NCBI GenBank assembly: GCA_963848965.1
Contig: CAWKFG010000004.1
Location: forward strand, 352,001-416,000
Direction of reading: 5' to 3'
DNA length: 64,000 nucleotides
Source: an uncultured bacterium
GTDB lineage: Bacteria > Babelota > Babeliae > Babelales > Babelaceae
Part shown: in pieces, positions 47,570-57,462 of the stretch
How positions within the stretch are numbered: position 1 is the first letter of the stretch
Layout: every line of letters begins with the position of its first letter
Program-made: the position numbers and the translations under genes
The notes under the pieces: model-generated
Seen by the model: the letters and a program-made list of their open reading frames with translations, nothing else
Databases searched by the model: none
What the model was told of the DNA's origin: nothing

Positions 47570-48817
47570 TCAATTATCCCGCGCAGTACGCAAAATACTA
47601 CTAATAGCAGAATGCTTTTTCTCTTCTGCCATATCCAAAGCCGTCTTACCAGAAGAATTTCTACAATCGACACGAGCACCATAAGCAAGAAGTATTTTTA
47701 CAATATCTTGATAGCCAAGTCTAGCTGCATATATTAAAGCAGTATTGCCACTATACTTTTCTTGAATATCGGCAGCTGCGCCTCTTTCTAAAAGTATTTG
47801 CACTACATCTTTATGGCCCTTTTGTACAGCTTCAATAAGTGCCGTTCTGCCTTCCGCTTGATTGTATAGCTTTTGCGTATAATCTAATATATACCATTGA
47901 GCATTACTATCAGCATTGTAAGCAAGCAGTAGTTCTACTATAGCTGTCTGGCCATTTTTTGCAGCCACCATTAGAGGAGTATTACCATTGTTGTCTCTGC
48001 TATTAGGATCAACGTTAACATCCAAGAGCATCTTTACAAGCTCTTCGTACCCATCATAAGCTGCCTGAGTTAAAGCAATACTTTTACTCTGAAGATCAAT
48101 ATGAGCATGGTACATCAAAAGGACCTTTACTACATTTATACATTTACCCTGTACTGCACGAACTAAAGCAGTCCCATAATTATTATCTTGTACATTAATA
48201 TTGACACCTTGCTCAAGTAAATTTTGAACTATAGCTGCGTTGCCCTCTGTTGCTGCCTTTAAGAATTGGTTTTGTTGATTATTTCTTTTTAACCATATAC
48301 GAGCTCCCTCAGTCTCAAGAGCCTTCATATAATCTTCTAATATATAGGCTGTATTTCTTCTATGCGTATTTAGAATGCATTTGGTAAGGAGTCTCGCAAA
48401 GTCTGGGCTATTAAAAAAAGGAGCAAGTACCTTATAGTCTGCTACTTCTTTTACTTTTTGCAGTGCTTCCTGAATGCTTTTAGTTTGTTTTATAAGTTCT
48501 GGTAACGAAAAGAGATGCTGAAACTCCGGCTCGCTAAAAAAAGGCACACATAGCTTAAGTTTCGCTATTTTTTGTAATGAGGTGAGTGCTTCTTCAAGTG
48601 AAGATGCTTGTATAACCGCCTGAGGAATGTAAAGAACGAGCAATTTCTTAAGATCTTGCGGCAGAGCTGCTAAAAAATCGCTTGGACAAACATATTCTTT
48701 TTTCTTATTAAAAGCACCTACAAAAAGCGAAAACCAACTAGTAGCTTGAGGCTCTTGGTGCTCCATTGCCTTAAGCTGTATAAAAGTAATAAGAAATAGA
48801 GCTATAATCTTTCTCAT
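47570..48817 (-). CDS. Secreted ankyrin-repeat protein with N-terminal F-box-like motif
   Basis: LKA-MEH; FLAALPQDLKKLLVLYI; about 6 ank repeats. Confidence 0.9.
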   Translation of the reverse strand: MRKIIALFLITFIQLKAMEHQEPQATSWFSLFVGAFNKKKEYVCPSDFLAALPQDLKKLLVLYIPQAVIQASSLEEALTSLQKIAKLKLCVPFFSEPEFQHLFSLPELIKQTKSIQEALQKVKEVADYKVLAPFFNSPDFARLLTKCILNTHRRNTAYILEDYMKALETEGARIWLKRNNQQNQFLKAATEGNAAIVQNLLEQGVNINVQDNNYGTALVRAVQGKCINVVKVLLMYHAHIDLQSKSIALTQAAYDGYEELVKMLLDVNVDPNSRDNNGNTPLMVAAKNGQTAIVELLLAYNADSNAQWYILDYTQKLYNQAEGRTALIEAVQKGHKDVVQILLERGAAADIQEKYSGNTALIYAARLGYQDIVKILLAYGARVDCRNSSGKTALDMAEEKKHSAISSILRTARDN

Positions 48818-49129
48818 CGTAAATATACCTTTCTTTAGTAATCTTGAGCAAAAAACTATTTATAAACAGAGAGAGCATACCTTAGCAGTATACTTAGTAG
48901 TATAATTGTATTATATAATAGAAATAATTCAAGTTAAATTGCACCAAAAAATAATTTTTTAGAAGAGCTATTACCTTATACTACAATTCAAGCTTTTAAC
49001 CTATGAAAAGCAACAAAGAACCATTTCTAGGAGATACAAAAAACAAAATATTAAAATAAGTTCTCCTTTTTTTTCAATTCTGGTGTAAACTTAAAAAAAA
49101 GATCTTTCAAAACCTTAACCAACTATACC

Positions 49130-49777
49130 ATGAATGCCATCTATCCATCACTTATTTCAGCCAATCTCTTGTGTTTAGCAGAAGAAATAGAAACATTAGA
49201 GCCATATGCAGCCGGATTTCATCTTGATGTTATGGATTTTCATTTTGTTCCTAATCTTACCTGGGGTCCTGATTTTATCAATGCTATTAGAGCAAAAGCT
49301 GCCAAGCAGTTATTAGTTCATCTTATGGTAGAATACCCAGAAAAATATTTTGACCGTTTTAAGCTCCATCCACAAGATATTATTTCAATTCATTTAGAGA
49401 GCCCTTCTTTATATTCTTTACCAGAACTTTATAAAGAAATTACCTCTCGTGGCTGGATACCAAGTATTGCCATTAATCCTTACACACCTCTTGAGGCACT
49501 TATTTCTCTTACTATACCTCTTAAGCACGTGCTTTTGATGTCTGTTGAACCAGGCTTTTCTGGCCAAAAGTTTTTACCCTTTATCCTTAAAAAGCTTAAG
49601 GCTTTAAATGACTTTCGTGCTGCACATAATCTTTCTTTTACTATTAGTGTCGATGGTGGTATTACCACCGATATAGCCAAAGAATTAGCCAAAAATGGAG
49701 CAAATCAGCTTGCTATAGCCTCGGCAATATTTCAAGCGCCAAACCCAGTAAAAGCTTTAGAGCAACTTTCACAATAA
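49130..49777 (+). CDS. rpe: Ribulose-phosphate 3-epimerase
   Basis: HLDVMDFHFVPN, HLMV, MSVEPGFSGQ, VDGG. Confidence 0.95.
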   Translation: MNAIYPSLISANLLCLAEEIETLEPYAAGFHLDVMDFHFVPNLTWGPDFINAIRAKAAKQLLVHLMVEYPEKYFDRFKLHPQDIISIHLESPSLYSLPELYKEITSRGWIPSIAINPYTPLEALISLTIPLKHVLLMSVEPGFSGQKFLPFILKKLKALNDFRAAHNLSFTISVDGGITTDIAKELAKNGANQLAIASAIFQAPNPVKALEQLSQ

Positions 49778-49851
49778 ACCCTTGCTACACTCTTTGAATT
49801 TTATTTATAATTGAATTAATAAAAGTATCGTATATAAACAAAGGGTGTTTT

Positions 49852-50268
49852 ATGAAAAAATTATTAGTAGTTGGAGTATCATTACTTACTATTTCTGCCT
49901 TACAAGCACAAGATACTACTCCTGGATTCTGGGAAAGAACGAAAGAGGCTTTTCGTAGAGGGGTAGAAAAGGTAACTCCTGAGGAACATGGATCAGCAGA
50001 TAGTGGCACAATAACCTCAGGGTCATATGGCACTTACGAGCCTACACATGTAGCATATGGCGCACCTACCACAGAACGAGCAGAAAAGGCTGTAGAACAT
50101 GGCTGGGAGAAGACTAAAGAATGGACTCGAGAAGCATGGGAAAAAACTAAAGAAGCATTTAGAAATCTTGCTCAACGTACTAGAGAAGCATTTGGTGCAA
50201 GAGGAGAAAGGCACACTACACCTGTAGCAACTCCAGTTCCAACACAAAGACCTACAGATGCTCGATAA
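49852..50268 (+). CDS. Exported low-complexity protein with WExTKE repeats
   Basis: Signal peptide LQA-QD; FWERTKEAF, GWEKTKEW, AWEKTKEAF. Confidence 0.75.
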   Translation: MKKLLVVGVSLLTISALQAQDTTPGFWERTKEAFRRGVEKVTPEEHGSADSGTITSGSYGTYEPTHVAYGAPTTERAEKAVEHGWEKTKEWTREAWEKTKEAFRNLAQRTREAFGARGERHTTPVATPVPTQRPTDAR

Positions 50269-50281
50269 CATAAGCTCACTG

Positions 50282-50308
50282 AAACTGCCCGTAGAAAGCG
50301 GGCAGTTT
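50282..50308. terminator. Bidirectional terminator-like hairpin
   Basis: aaactgcccg-tagaaag-cgggcagttt between convergent genes. Confidence 0.75.
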
Positions 50309-51364
50309 TTATTTTTGCCACTTTTCTAAGAATGCCATAATCTTTAGACGTAGTTCTTCAGTAGTTGGATTATCTGGATTTGGATGAGCTATAGCATGCA
50401 TAACTTCTCGCAATCGTAGAGAAAGTAAAAGTTTGAATGTACTATCCGCCCGCATTAAAGGTGTATACCCTTGATCATCTATAAGCTGTGGGTTCGCTCC
50501 TGCTGCAAAAAGCAACTCAACAATAGTAAGGTGCTGAAATTCAAGCAAATGAGAACCTGCTATAATGTGTAAAGCAGTTTGATTACCATTGGCACGAGCG
50601 TTGGGATCAACTTTATATAAAAGTAGTAATTCAACTATTTTCGTATGCCCCTGATGCGCTGCCCATGTTAAAAGAGGATAATGCAAAGTATCTGTTTTAG
50701 GAGTAATAAGGGGATCTGCTCCGTACTCAAGAAGTGTTTTTACAATTTCGACCTGTCCATCATAAACAGCCTCAAAAAGAATAGTTCTTTGATCCGGAGT
50801 TTGAACATGTGTAAGAAACTTTAAAAATGAATTATCCTTTATCTTCCTTGCATAAGCAATAAACTGTTCAATACATGACCAATGGCGCATACGCCATTTT
50901 TCTTTACCAAGTGATCTAAATGAAGTACTTGTTGGCTTTTCAGAAGGACCTTGATACTCTTCTAAAAGAATAAACCAGAGAATTTTAGGAGCAATACCCA
51001 TTAAAGATCCTGCCTCAATAGGATTTATAGAAAATCTCGTACAAAAAGCAGTGAGAAGCTTCTCAAGATACTCAAAATCATACCTGAGCCTCATTTTAGA
51101 ACTTCCTACAAGGCCATCATGAGCCTGCATATATGCTTTAATAGTTTCTGCAACAACCTCACGTTCAGAAGAAGCTAATCTTAGAAACCTCTGAAACTTC
51201 TGACTAAATGTACTTTTACCCCAAACTATATCCACAAGAAGCTGCCCTCTGAGCTCATAAGGTAGTCTCATTAGAAAACTTGAATCATTCCTAAGTTTTT
51301 GTCTTTGCATACTAAAAAGTGAGCAGGGAAGAAACAGCAAAACTAATAAAAAGAATCTCATCAT
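50309..51364 (-). CDS. Secreted ankyrin-repeat protein with N-terminal F-box-like motif
   Basis: LFS-MQR; FLMRLPYELRGQLLVDI; C-terminal ank repeats. Confidence 0.85.
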   Translation of the reverse strand: MMRFFLLVLLFLPCSLFSMQRQKLRNDSSFLMRLPYELRGQLLVDIVWGKSTFSQKFQRFLRLASSEREVVAETIKAYMQAHDGLVGSSKMRLRYDFEYLEKLLTAFCTRFSINPIEAGSLMGIAPKILWFILLEEYQGPSEKPTSTSFRSLGKEKWRMRHWSCIEQFIAYARKIKDNSFLKFLTHVQTPDQRTILFEAVYDGQVEIVKTLLEYGADPLITPKTDTLHYPLLTWAAHQGHTKIVELLLLYKVDPNARANGNQTALHIIAGSHLLEFQHLTIVELLFAAGANPQLIDDQGYTPLMRADSTFKLLLSLRLREVMHAIAHPNPDNPTTEELRLKIMAFLEKWQK

Positions 51365-51520
51365 AGCTATTATCCACATTTAATTAATAATAGAAAATTA
51401 TAATATAAGTTTAGCTATTTTTAAGCATCAGTCAATACTAAATAAAATGACTTTTTGAGAAATCCCATAAAGCCACTCTAGAGCTGTACATCGAAAAATA
51501 AAGATTTTCTTCGTGCTCAT

Positions 51521-51548
51521 TTGACAAACACGAAATAAAGCTTAAAAT
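51521..51548 (+). promoter_or_regulatory. Sigma70-type promoter
   Basis: TTGACA-16 nt-TAAAAT. Confidence 0.55.
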
Positions 51549-51662
51549 ATATAAGTGAAAATGCTTAATATAATGAAAAACTCATTCTGATCAGAGTTTT
51601 GATACACTGTATAGTTATTTATTAGCTTTATGAAACATATACTACATAATAAGGATAATTTT

Positions 51663-52466
51663 ATGTCATATATAAAGCTCTTTGCTTTTTTTACTTTTTT
51701 AATCCCTCATGTAGGACTTTTAGGAAGAATGTGCAGTACAAAGCTCAGCTCAAGAAAATCCCTTACATTGCCCTTTCCTGCTTCTTTAGAGAAACAGCAT
51801 GTAAAGAGGTTACGAAGCTTCTTAGTACAAGATGACGATTGGTCATGTGCTCTACGCTCCGTTTTTCATATACAAGCTATTGAAGATGCTCTTAAAGATC
51901 CTAAACATTTTGAAGAACGCCTTAAGGCTAATTTACAAAAGAAAAAAACTCTTCATGCTCTTGACACTTCTTATGGAATAGATCAAGGGTTTTTACCTCA
52001 TGAGATTTACGCAGTAGCCAAGAAAGCAGGTCTTAAAGGAAAAGTTATCTGCTTAGATCTTGAAGAGTACTCTCAAGAAATATACTGTCCATTACATTGT
52101 AAACGTAAAAAGCCTCTCCAGGAGCTTCTTACACATCTTACTAACTGTGCTCAAAAACCACCGTGCGCTGTCTATGTTATAGCAGGAACAGACTATCATG
52201 CAATTTTATTTGCTTTTGTAAATCTTCCACAAGAACCAGCACGTCTCTATATGATAGATTCAATCAATACGGGCCTTACACCAGATAGAAAACAATACAT
52301 CAAGCTTTTTCTTCCTTATCTTAAAAAGATAAATAAAGCTAAAAAAGAACATGCACAACTCAAAACATTTGCAGCAAAAAATAGTATGGATCACCCATTA
52401 CTTTACGCTCTTTATCAACCTTATAGAGAGCTGAACACTGCACCTATGTCTGAGAAAGCCCCTTGA
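51663..52466 (+). CDS. Secreted papain-like cysteine protease (predicted Cys-His-Asp)
   Basis: VQDDDWSCALR ... AGTDYHAIL ... LYMIDS; paralog of 53435..54499. Confidence 0.65.
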   Translation: MSYIKLFAFFTFLIPHVGLLGRMCSTKLSSRKSLTLPFPASLEKQHVKRLRSFLVQDDDWSCALRSVFHIQAIEDALKDPKHFEERLKANLQKKKTLHALDTSYGIDQGFLPHEIYAVAKKAGLKGKVICLDLEEYSQEIYCPLHCKRKKPLQELLTHLTNCAQKPPCAVYVIAGTDYHAILFAFVNLPQEPARLYMIDSINTGLTPDRKQYIKLFLPYLKKINKAKKEHAQLKTFAAKNSMDHPLLYALYQPYRELNTAPMSEKAP

Positions 52467-52488
52467 CAATTGACAATTATGCTATAAT
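52463..52488 (+). promoter_or_regulatory. Sigma70-type promoter (extended -10)
   Basis: TTGACA upstream of TGcTATAAT. The spacer is only 14 nt, so the extended -10 may dominate. Confidence 0.45.
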
Positions 52489-52587
52489 ATATATTTTAGT
52501 TGATTATATATTTTAAGTTGAACTGACAAGGGCCATTAAAGCTCTTTACACAGTTACTCATAACCATTTTTACAAAGGATTAGTATT

Positions 52588-53124
52588 ATGCAAATACGAT
52601 CACTCTTATTACCAGTATTGCTACTTGTAGGAGCAAACTTAGTAGGCGAAACTAACCAAGGATGTTCTGGTGGTGTATGCTCTCTTAAAAGAGCACAACC
52701 AGTAAGAACCGTTAAACCTGCAGCACGGCCGCAATCTTGTACTACGTGTGTTGTTCGTACACCACAACGTACACAAAAACCTGCAAAGAGATCTGCTCGT
52801 AGAAAGCATACCCAACGTAGAGCTTCACGATCATCTTGTAACAGCAAAGCTTGTAGAACAAAAAGAGTAACTGCACGTCCAGTACAAGCAAAGCCAGCGC
52901 AACAACCTGTAGTAGCTCCAAAAGCACAAAAATCAGGAGTACATCCAATTGCAGCAAAAGCACTTTGGTTTGCGCTTAACAATAAAAAGGCAATTGTTCC
53001 ACCACAATCAGTACAATGCCCATTTGCACAACAACGTTTAGCAGCTCAAAAATCAGCTAATACCTGCAAGGCTTCAAATTCTTGCAAGATTGGTTCAGCA
53101 ATCGCTGCAAAATATAGCCGCTAA
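52588..53124 (+). CDS. Secreted basic, Cys-pair-containing low-complexity protein
   Basis: Signal peptide; K/R/P/Q-rich; C-terminal motifs shared with the next gene. Confidence 0.7.
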   Translation: MQIRSLLLPVLLLVGANLVGETNQGCSGGVCSLKRAQPVRTVKPAARPQSCTTCVVRTPQRTQKPAKRSARRKHTQRRASRSSCNSKACRTKRVTARPVQAKPAQQPVVAPKAQKSGVHPIAAKALWFALNNKKAIVPPQSVQCPFAQQRLAAQKSANTCKASNSCKIGSAIAAKYSR

Positions 53125-53132
53125 AAACTATC

Positions 53133-53159
53133 GCTCCCGCTTGAAGCGGGAGCTTTTTT
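53133..53159 (+). terminator. Intrinsic terminator
   Basis: gctcccgctt-g-aagcgggagc-tttttt. Confidence 0.85.
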
Positions 53160-53261
53160 CTTTCATAGGAATCCCCCTCTACAACCTCCTTTATATGCCT
53201 CTTTAATAATCCTACCAGTAAAGTTTCTTTGGATTTCCCCTGTTCTTATATTTTTAGCTTA

Positions 53262-53289
53262 TTGACAGATAAGAAATATTAGTTAAAAT
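53262..53289 (+). promoter_or_regulatory. Sigma70-type promoter
   Basis: TTGACA-16 nt-TAAAAT. Confidence 0.55.
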
Positions 53290-53434
53290 ATATTATACTT
53301 AAGCATATTTTTCAAAATGCTTACACGTAAAATTTCTTTGAAGGGTACACGGGGGGAATATGTTACCGTTTATCTCTTTATACGTTATATCACTCATGTA
53401 TTAAATCTTAAACATTTAAACAAGGATAACTATT

Positions 53435-54499
53435 ATGAATTTAAGATTATTGGTATTACCGCTTCTTTTAGCTATTGGGTCAGGTACGCTGGCTCGTGTA
53501 ACTAATAGAGTACTTGATTCTCGAGAGAGTCTTGTGCTACAACAACACCAAGATGTTACACAACTACGTAGCTATCTTGTTCAGCATGATAATTGGTCAT
53601 GTGGACTGAGATGTGTATTTCATGTTATGGCCTTTGAAAAAGCATTACAAAATCCAAACAATTTCGAAGCTACTCTTAAACACCATCTTCAAGATGCAGC
53701 ACTATTGAACACGCTCGATAGTAAGTACTGCAATAACCATGGCTTATCAAATAGAACTATTATGCATATGGCAAAAGAGCTTGGCTTTGGAAACAGATTG
53801 CTTTGTTTAGCAATGAATGACCGTAATAACATTCTTTATATGGATACCGTACGCATTCCCTGGGGAGCGTCAAAGGCTGATATTGAACATGCAAGAAACC
53901 AAAAGCTTAAAGAAACGCTTAACGATTTTACCTCTCGAGTAAAAAGAGCACCGCAAGCAGTTTATTTTATAGCAGGAACAGAAGGTCACTGGATCTTGTA
54001 TGCTCTTGTAAACTTACCAAATAAACCTGCTCAATTATATCTCATTGATTCTTGTAACGTAGGACTCAGAGTACAAAGAAAACTATATGTTGATTTCTTT
54101 AAGCCATATGTACAAGAAGTTAACAATGGCAAACATATTCAACCAGCTCCTGCAAAGCCTGTTATAACTCCTGCTATTGCAGCACATATTGTAAAGAAGG
54201 TTAAGCCAGCTCAACAAGCACAACAGAAGAAGCAACAAAAAAGAGTTCCTAACAAGAAGCGTCCTGCAAAAAAACATATTCGCAGGCCAAAAACAACTCG
54301 TAAACCAAAACGGCATGTACATCGTAGACCTATAGCTAAACCTGCTCCACGTCCTGCACAAAGAGTGCAAGTACGAGTACATCCAGCTGCTGCAAAGGCG
54401 CTATGGCTTGCTCTTAATAAGCAAAAACCAGCACAAGTACAAAGAAATTCTTTAACTCCTTTTGCTTATGCAATCTTTCAAAAATATAGCAATCGATAA
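53435..54499 (+). CDS. Secreted papain-like cysteine protease with K/R-rich tail
   Basis: VQHDNWSCGLR ... AGTEGHWIL ... LYLIDS; tail KKRPAKKHIRRPKTTRKPKRHVHRR. Confidence 0.7.
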   Translation: MNLRLLVLPLLLAIGSGTLARVTNRVLDSRESLVLQQHQDVTQLRSYLVQHDNWSCGLRCVFHVMAFEKALQNPNNFEATLKHHLQDAALLNTLDSKYCNNHGLSNRTIMHMAKELGFGNRLLCLAMNDRNNILYMDTVRIPWGASKADIEHARNQKLKETLNDFTSRVKRAPQAVYFIAGTEGHWILYALVNLPNKPAQLYLIDSCNVGLRVQRKLYVDFFKPYVQEVNNGKHIQPAPAKPVITPAIAAHIVKKVKPAQQAQQKKQQKRVPNKKRPAKKHIRRPKTTRKPKRHVHRRPIAKPAPRPAQRVQVRVHPAAAKALWLALNKQKPAQVQRNSLTPFAYAIFQKYSNR

Positions 54500-54538
54500 A
54501 TAACCTGTCACCAACTATACTGTTGGCTTTCACAAAAT

Positions 54539-54568
54539 AAAAAAGCTCCCGTTTTCGGGAGCTTTTTT
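54539..54568. terminator. Bidirectional intrinsic terminator
   Basis: aaaaaagctcccg-tttt-cgggagctttttt between convergent genes. Confidence 0.85.
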
Positions 54569-54578
54569 TGTAGTTAAG

Positions 54579-55979
54579 TTACTTAATAATTTTACCTTCT
54601 TTAACGAGCTCTGTATTCTTTTTACCAACATAGAATGCTGCTAGGAGCCAAGCTCCTATAAGACCAAAGCCAAAAAAAGAGCCATAAGTCATAAGGTCTT
54701 GTGCGCTATGTTTAAACGTATTTGTCACTTGTGCTCCCGCCGATTTTGCAAAGCGACTTCCAAAAGTATCAATCCAGCCTTTAGATTTAAACTTAGCATC
54801 TTTGCTGGTTGGTATATACATCATCTCTTTTGTAGGATTATTAACTGCATAGCCTATACTCTTAATAAGTACCATAGCTGCAAAAGTTACCCACAATAGT
54901 ATAGTAGGAGTGTACGTTCCTAATTGGAAATACCCCAAGAGAGCCCCGAGTGTAATTGCAAAAGCAACCGGATAGATAAGAAGGCTTACACGAACACCAA
55001 AACGCTTAATGATATAGCTTGTGCCAAGTAATGCTATAAGTAATGAAATAACATTAATACTTACGCCGTACCACGCTTGAAACTGAGCAAAGGCAACATC
55101 ACTTACGTAAGTTGGCGACATACAAGCTTGTGTGTACATCTGATATTCTATAATCTGAGCAATCGCTTCATACACGGTAGAGACAACGAGCACTCCAAGC
55201 AAGTAAGGCCGTGTTACCAAAAGCGTAAAACCAGAGATAAACCCTTGTAGAAAGCCCTCTTTTTCCTTCTCAGTTGCCGTTGCTTCTTTATTACCTATAA
55301 GCTGTTCCGGGGGTATAACATGCATAAAATAACGAACAGAAGGAATTACAGCAAAAACAAAAAAACTTGCAAGCAATAGAATAGGCCATAATGTTCCAAT
55401 ATAAGGAGAAAAAAGCAACGTAGCAGAACCTGCAACTGCACCCAGTTGAGCCATTGCTACAATAAAGGGAAATCCTCTTTTAGCAGCCTCAGAAGTAGTT
55501 ATACTGTTAGTAAACGACCAAAAAAGCGTTACAATAAGAGATCCAAAGCTTTCTATAGCAAAATAGCTTATCCATCCTGCTAGTGCTAGAGATAACTTCC
55601 CTACTGCTTGAACTCCAAGCCAATCCTTTGCAAGTAATACTCCAGCTGTTCCTGCAAATATAAGTCCATACAGCGTACATAGCACATAAAATAGCTGATG
55701 TTTCTTAAATATATCAACCAACTTTGAATACACCAGTACCAAAATAAGTACCACAAACGGAGACCAGAACTTAGCAACAGGTTGTAATAAACGGCCTTGA
55801 TCTGGCAACCATCCTAAACTTTCTGGAAACGCTACTTTCAAGAAAATAGTATTCTTCAGTAAGCGTAAGAGCCAGTAAGTGCCAATAATAAGAAAAAATA
55901 TAAAGGAAAGTAAACTGAATTTACGAAGATCTTCGTCTTTAAGATCAGGGTAAAAATACCGTGTAATATGCCCTATCAT
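54579..55979 (-). CDS. Npt1/Npt2 (TLC) family nucleotide transporter, ATP/ADP translocase-like
   Basis: YWLLRLLKN, ESFGSLIVTLFWSF, NNPTKEMMYIPTSKDAKFKSKGWID, RFAKSAG; about 12 TM segments. Confidence 0.9.
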   Translation of the reverse strand: MIGHITRYFYPDLKDEDLRKFSLLSFIFFLIIGTYWLLRLLKNTIFLKVAFPESLGWLPDQGRLLQPVAKFWSPFVVLILVLVYSKLVDIFKKHQLFYVLCTLYGLIFAGTAGVLLAKDWLGVQAVGKLSLALAGWISYFAIESFGSLIVTLFWSFTNSITTSEAAKRGFPFIVAMAQLGAVAGSATLLFSPYIGTLWPILLLASFFVFAVIPSVRYFMHVIPPEQLIGNKEATATEKEKEGFLQGFISGFTLLVTRPYLLGVLVVSTVYEAIAQIIEYQMYTQACMSPTYVSDVAFAQFQAWYGVSINVISLLIALLGTSYIIKRFGVRVSLLIYPVAFAITLGALLGYFQLGTYTPTILLWVTFAAMVLIKSIGYAVNNPTKEMMYIPTSKDAKFKSKGWIDTFGSRFAKSAGAQVTNTFKHSAQDLMTYGSFFGFGLIGAWLLAAFYVGKKNTELVKEGKIIK

Positions 55980-56227
55980 AAGGGGCCCTTTCTCATTAAG
56001 TATGATTCTAGCCTCTCGGCTTTTTAAAGCTTAATAAGGATATCCCTATATAAAACAGGAGCATGCTGCATTGTTAGCATCTCACAAAATTAACATTTTG
56101 TCAAAAAAATCTTTGCCTGCCATTAGAATAATCGATCTTTCTCAACAAGCATGCTTATACAAATTGAAATTTAATCAGTATGTAGTATACTAATAAGTGT
56201 TAATGAATTTCTTAATCGGAGTATAGT

Positions 56228-57388
56228 ATGAAAATCAAACTACTTATAAGCACTCTTCTTTGCTTTTCTTTACAAGCAATGGAAAGTAATCAAGTTCAAG
56301 CTAAAGAAGTAAAAACAGTCTTTGCTCGAACACCACTTGTTCTTCATTTTTCACACATTTACGCTCAAGGTATAGCAACACACATTCTACAAGACAAGGC
56401 ACTAAAGCTGGTAAAAGGATGCCCTTTAGCTCTAGAGCTACCTGCAGATAAAGAGCACGCTATAACTGCTGCCTTTACCTCTTTAGCTCAAAAAATGCCT
56501 GAGGGGCTTGTAAGAAAGATAGCCTTAATGCTCGCTTTTCATATACTCTTTAGTAAAGAGATATCGAGTGAAAAAAGCTCTCTTCTTTCATTAGTAATTC
56601 CTTACCTTACTCTTTCACAACAAACAATGTTTGACCATATTCGAATAACTATTTTAAGTACTTTATCGGTAGAACATCCAGATACTCTTTTGCCTATTGC
56701 CTTAACACAGCATACTACAACGCTTTTACATTTGGCTGTTACTATAAAAGATAAAGAGGTACTTCAAGCTCTGCTATCCTTTAACTGCACTGTTGATATA
56801 CAAGACTCGCGAGGATATACCCCTTTACATTATACACAAGGAGAACATGAAACACTTAAATTGCTTCTTGAACATGGAGCAAACTGTACCATAGCTAATG
56901 GAACAGGTACCTATCCTATTGAAGATGCATTTAATAGAGAGGACTTTGCAGGCATAAAGCTTCTTTTGCAAAAATCAGTACTTACAAAAAATAAGGATTT
57001 ACTTTCAAAAATAGCTTATCGTGCTAGCTTTATCCCTGAGCCCGAGATACCATCTCTTATTGAACGAATGTTCAAAGACAACGGCGTTTATGAAGAATTA
57101 CCATTTTCACTAAAAGTATATCTTGCTATTGCAGCTCATAATCCTTATTTATTTAAGCTCTTTGATGGTTCTTATCATGAACCAGATGCCTTTTCGGTTT
57201 TGCCATTTGGCGATACTTTGCTTCATCTAGCAGTACGATCTGGCAACAAGCAAGCAGTAGAGTATTTCTTAAAAAATGGCTTTGATACAAATAAAGCAAA
57301 TGAATATGGAAGAACGCCTTTGCATGACGCAAGAGCATTAAATAATACAGAGATCATTGAATTGCTTACACAAGCAATAGACGTATAA
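56228..57388 (+). CDS. Secreted ankyrin-repeat protein
   Basis: LQA-MES; TLLHLAV, GYTPLHY, GDTLLHLAV, GRTPLHDA. Confidence 0.88.
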   Translation: MKIKLLISTLLCFSLQAMESNQVQAKEVKTVFARTPLVLHFSHIYAQGIATHILQDKALKLVKGCPLALELPADKEHAITAAFTSLAQKMPEGLVRKIALMLAFHILFSKEISSEKSSLLSLVIPYLTLSQQTMFDHIRITILSTLSVEHPDTLLPIALTQHTTTLLHLAVTIKDKEVLQALLSFNCTVDIQDSRGYTPLHYTQGEHETLKLLLEHGANCTIANGTGTYPIEDAFNREDFAGIKLLLQKSVLTKNKDLLSKIAYRASFIPEPEIPSLIERMFKDNGVYEELPFSLKVYLAIAAHNPYLFKLFDGSYHEPDAFSVLPFGDTLLHLAVRSGNKQAVEYFLKNGFDTNKANEYGRTPLHDARALNNTEIIELLTQAIDV

Positions 57389-57438
57389 GCTTTGTAACTG
57401 GCTTTTAAGTCAGAGCCATAACCATGGTTTTGCTACGG

Positions 57439-57462
57439 GCTATCTTGCCGATGTAAGATAGC
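57439..57462. terminator. Hairpin between convergent ankyrin genes
   Basis: gctatcttgc-cgat-gtaagatagc. Confidence 0.55.

Noticed and set aside
53317..53505. 62-aa ORF upstream of the protease gene
   Set aside because: Overlaps the RBS and start of 53435..54499 in another frame and has no features.
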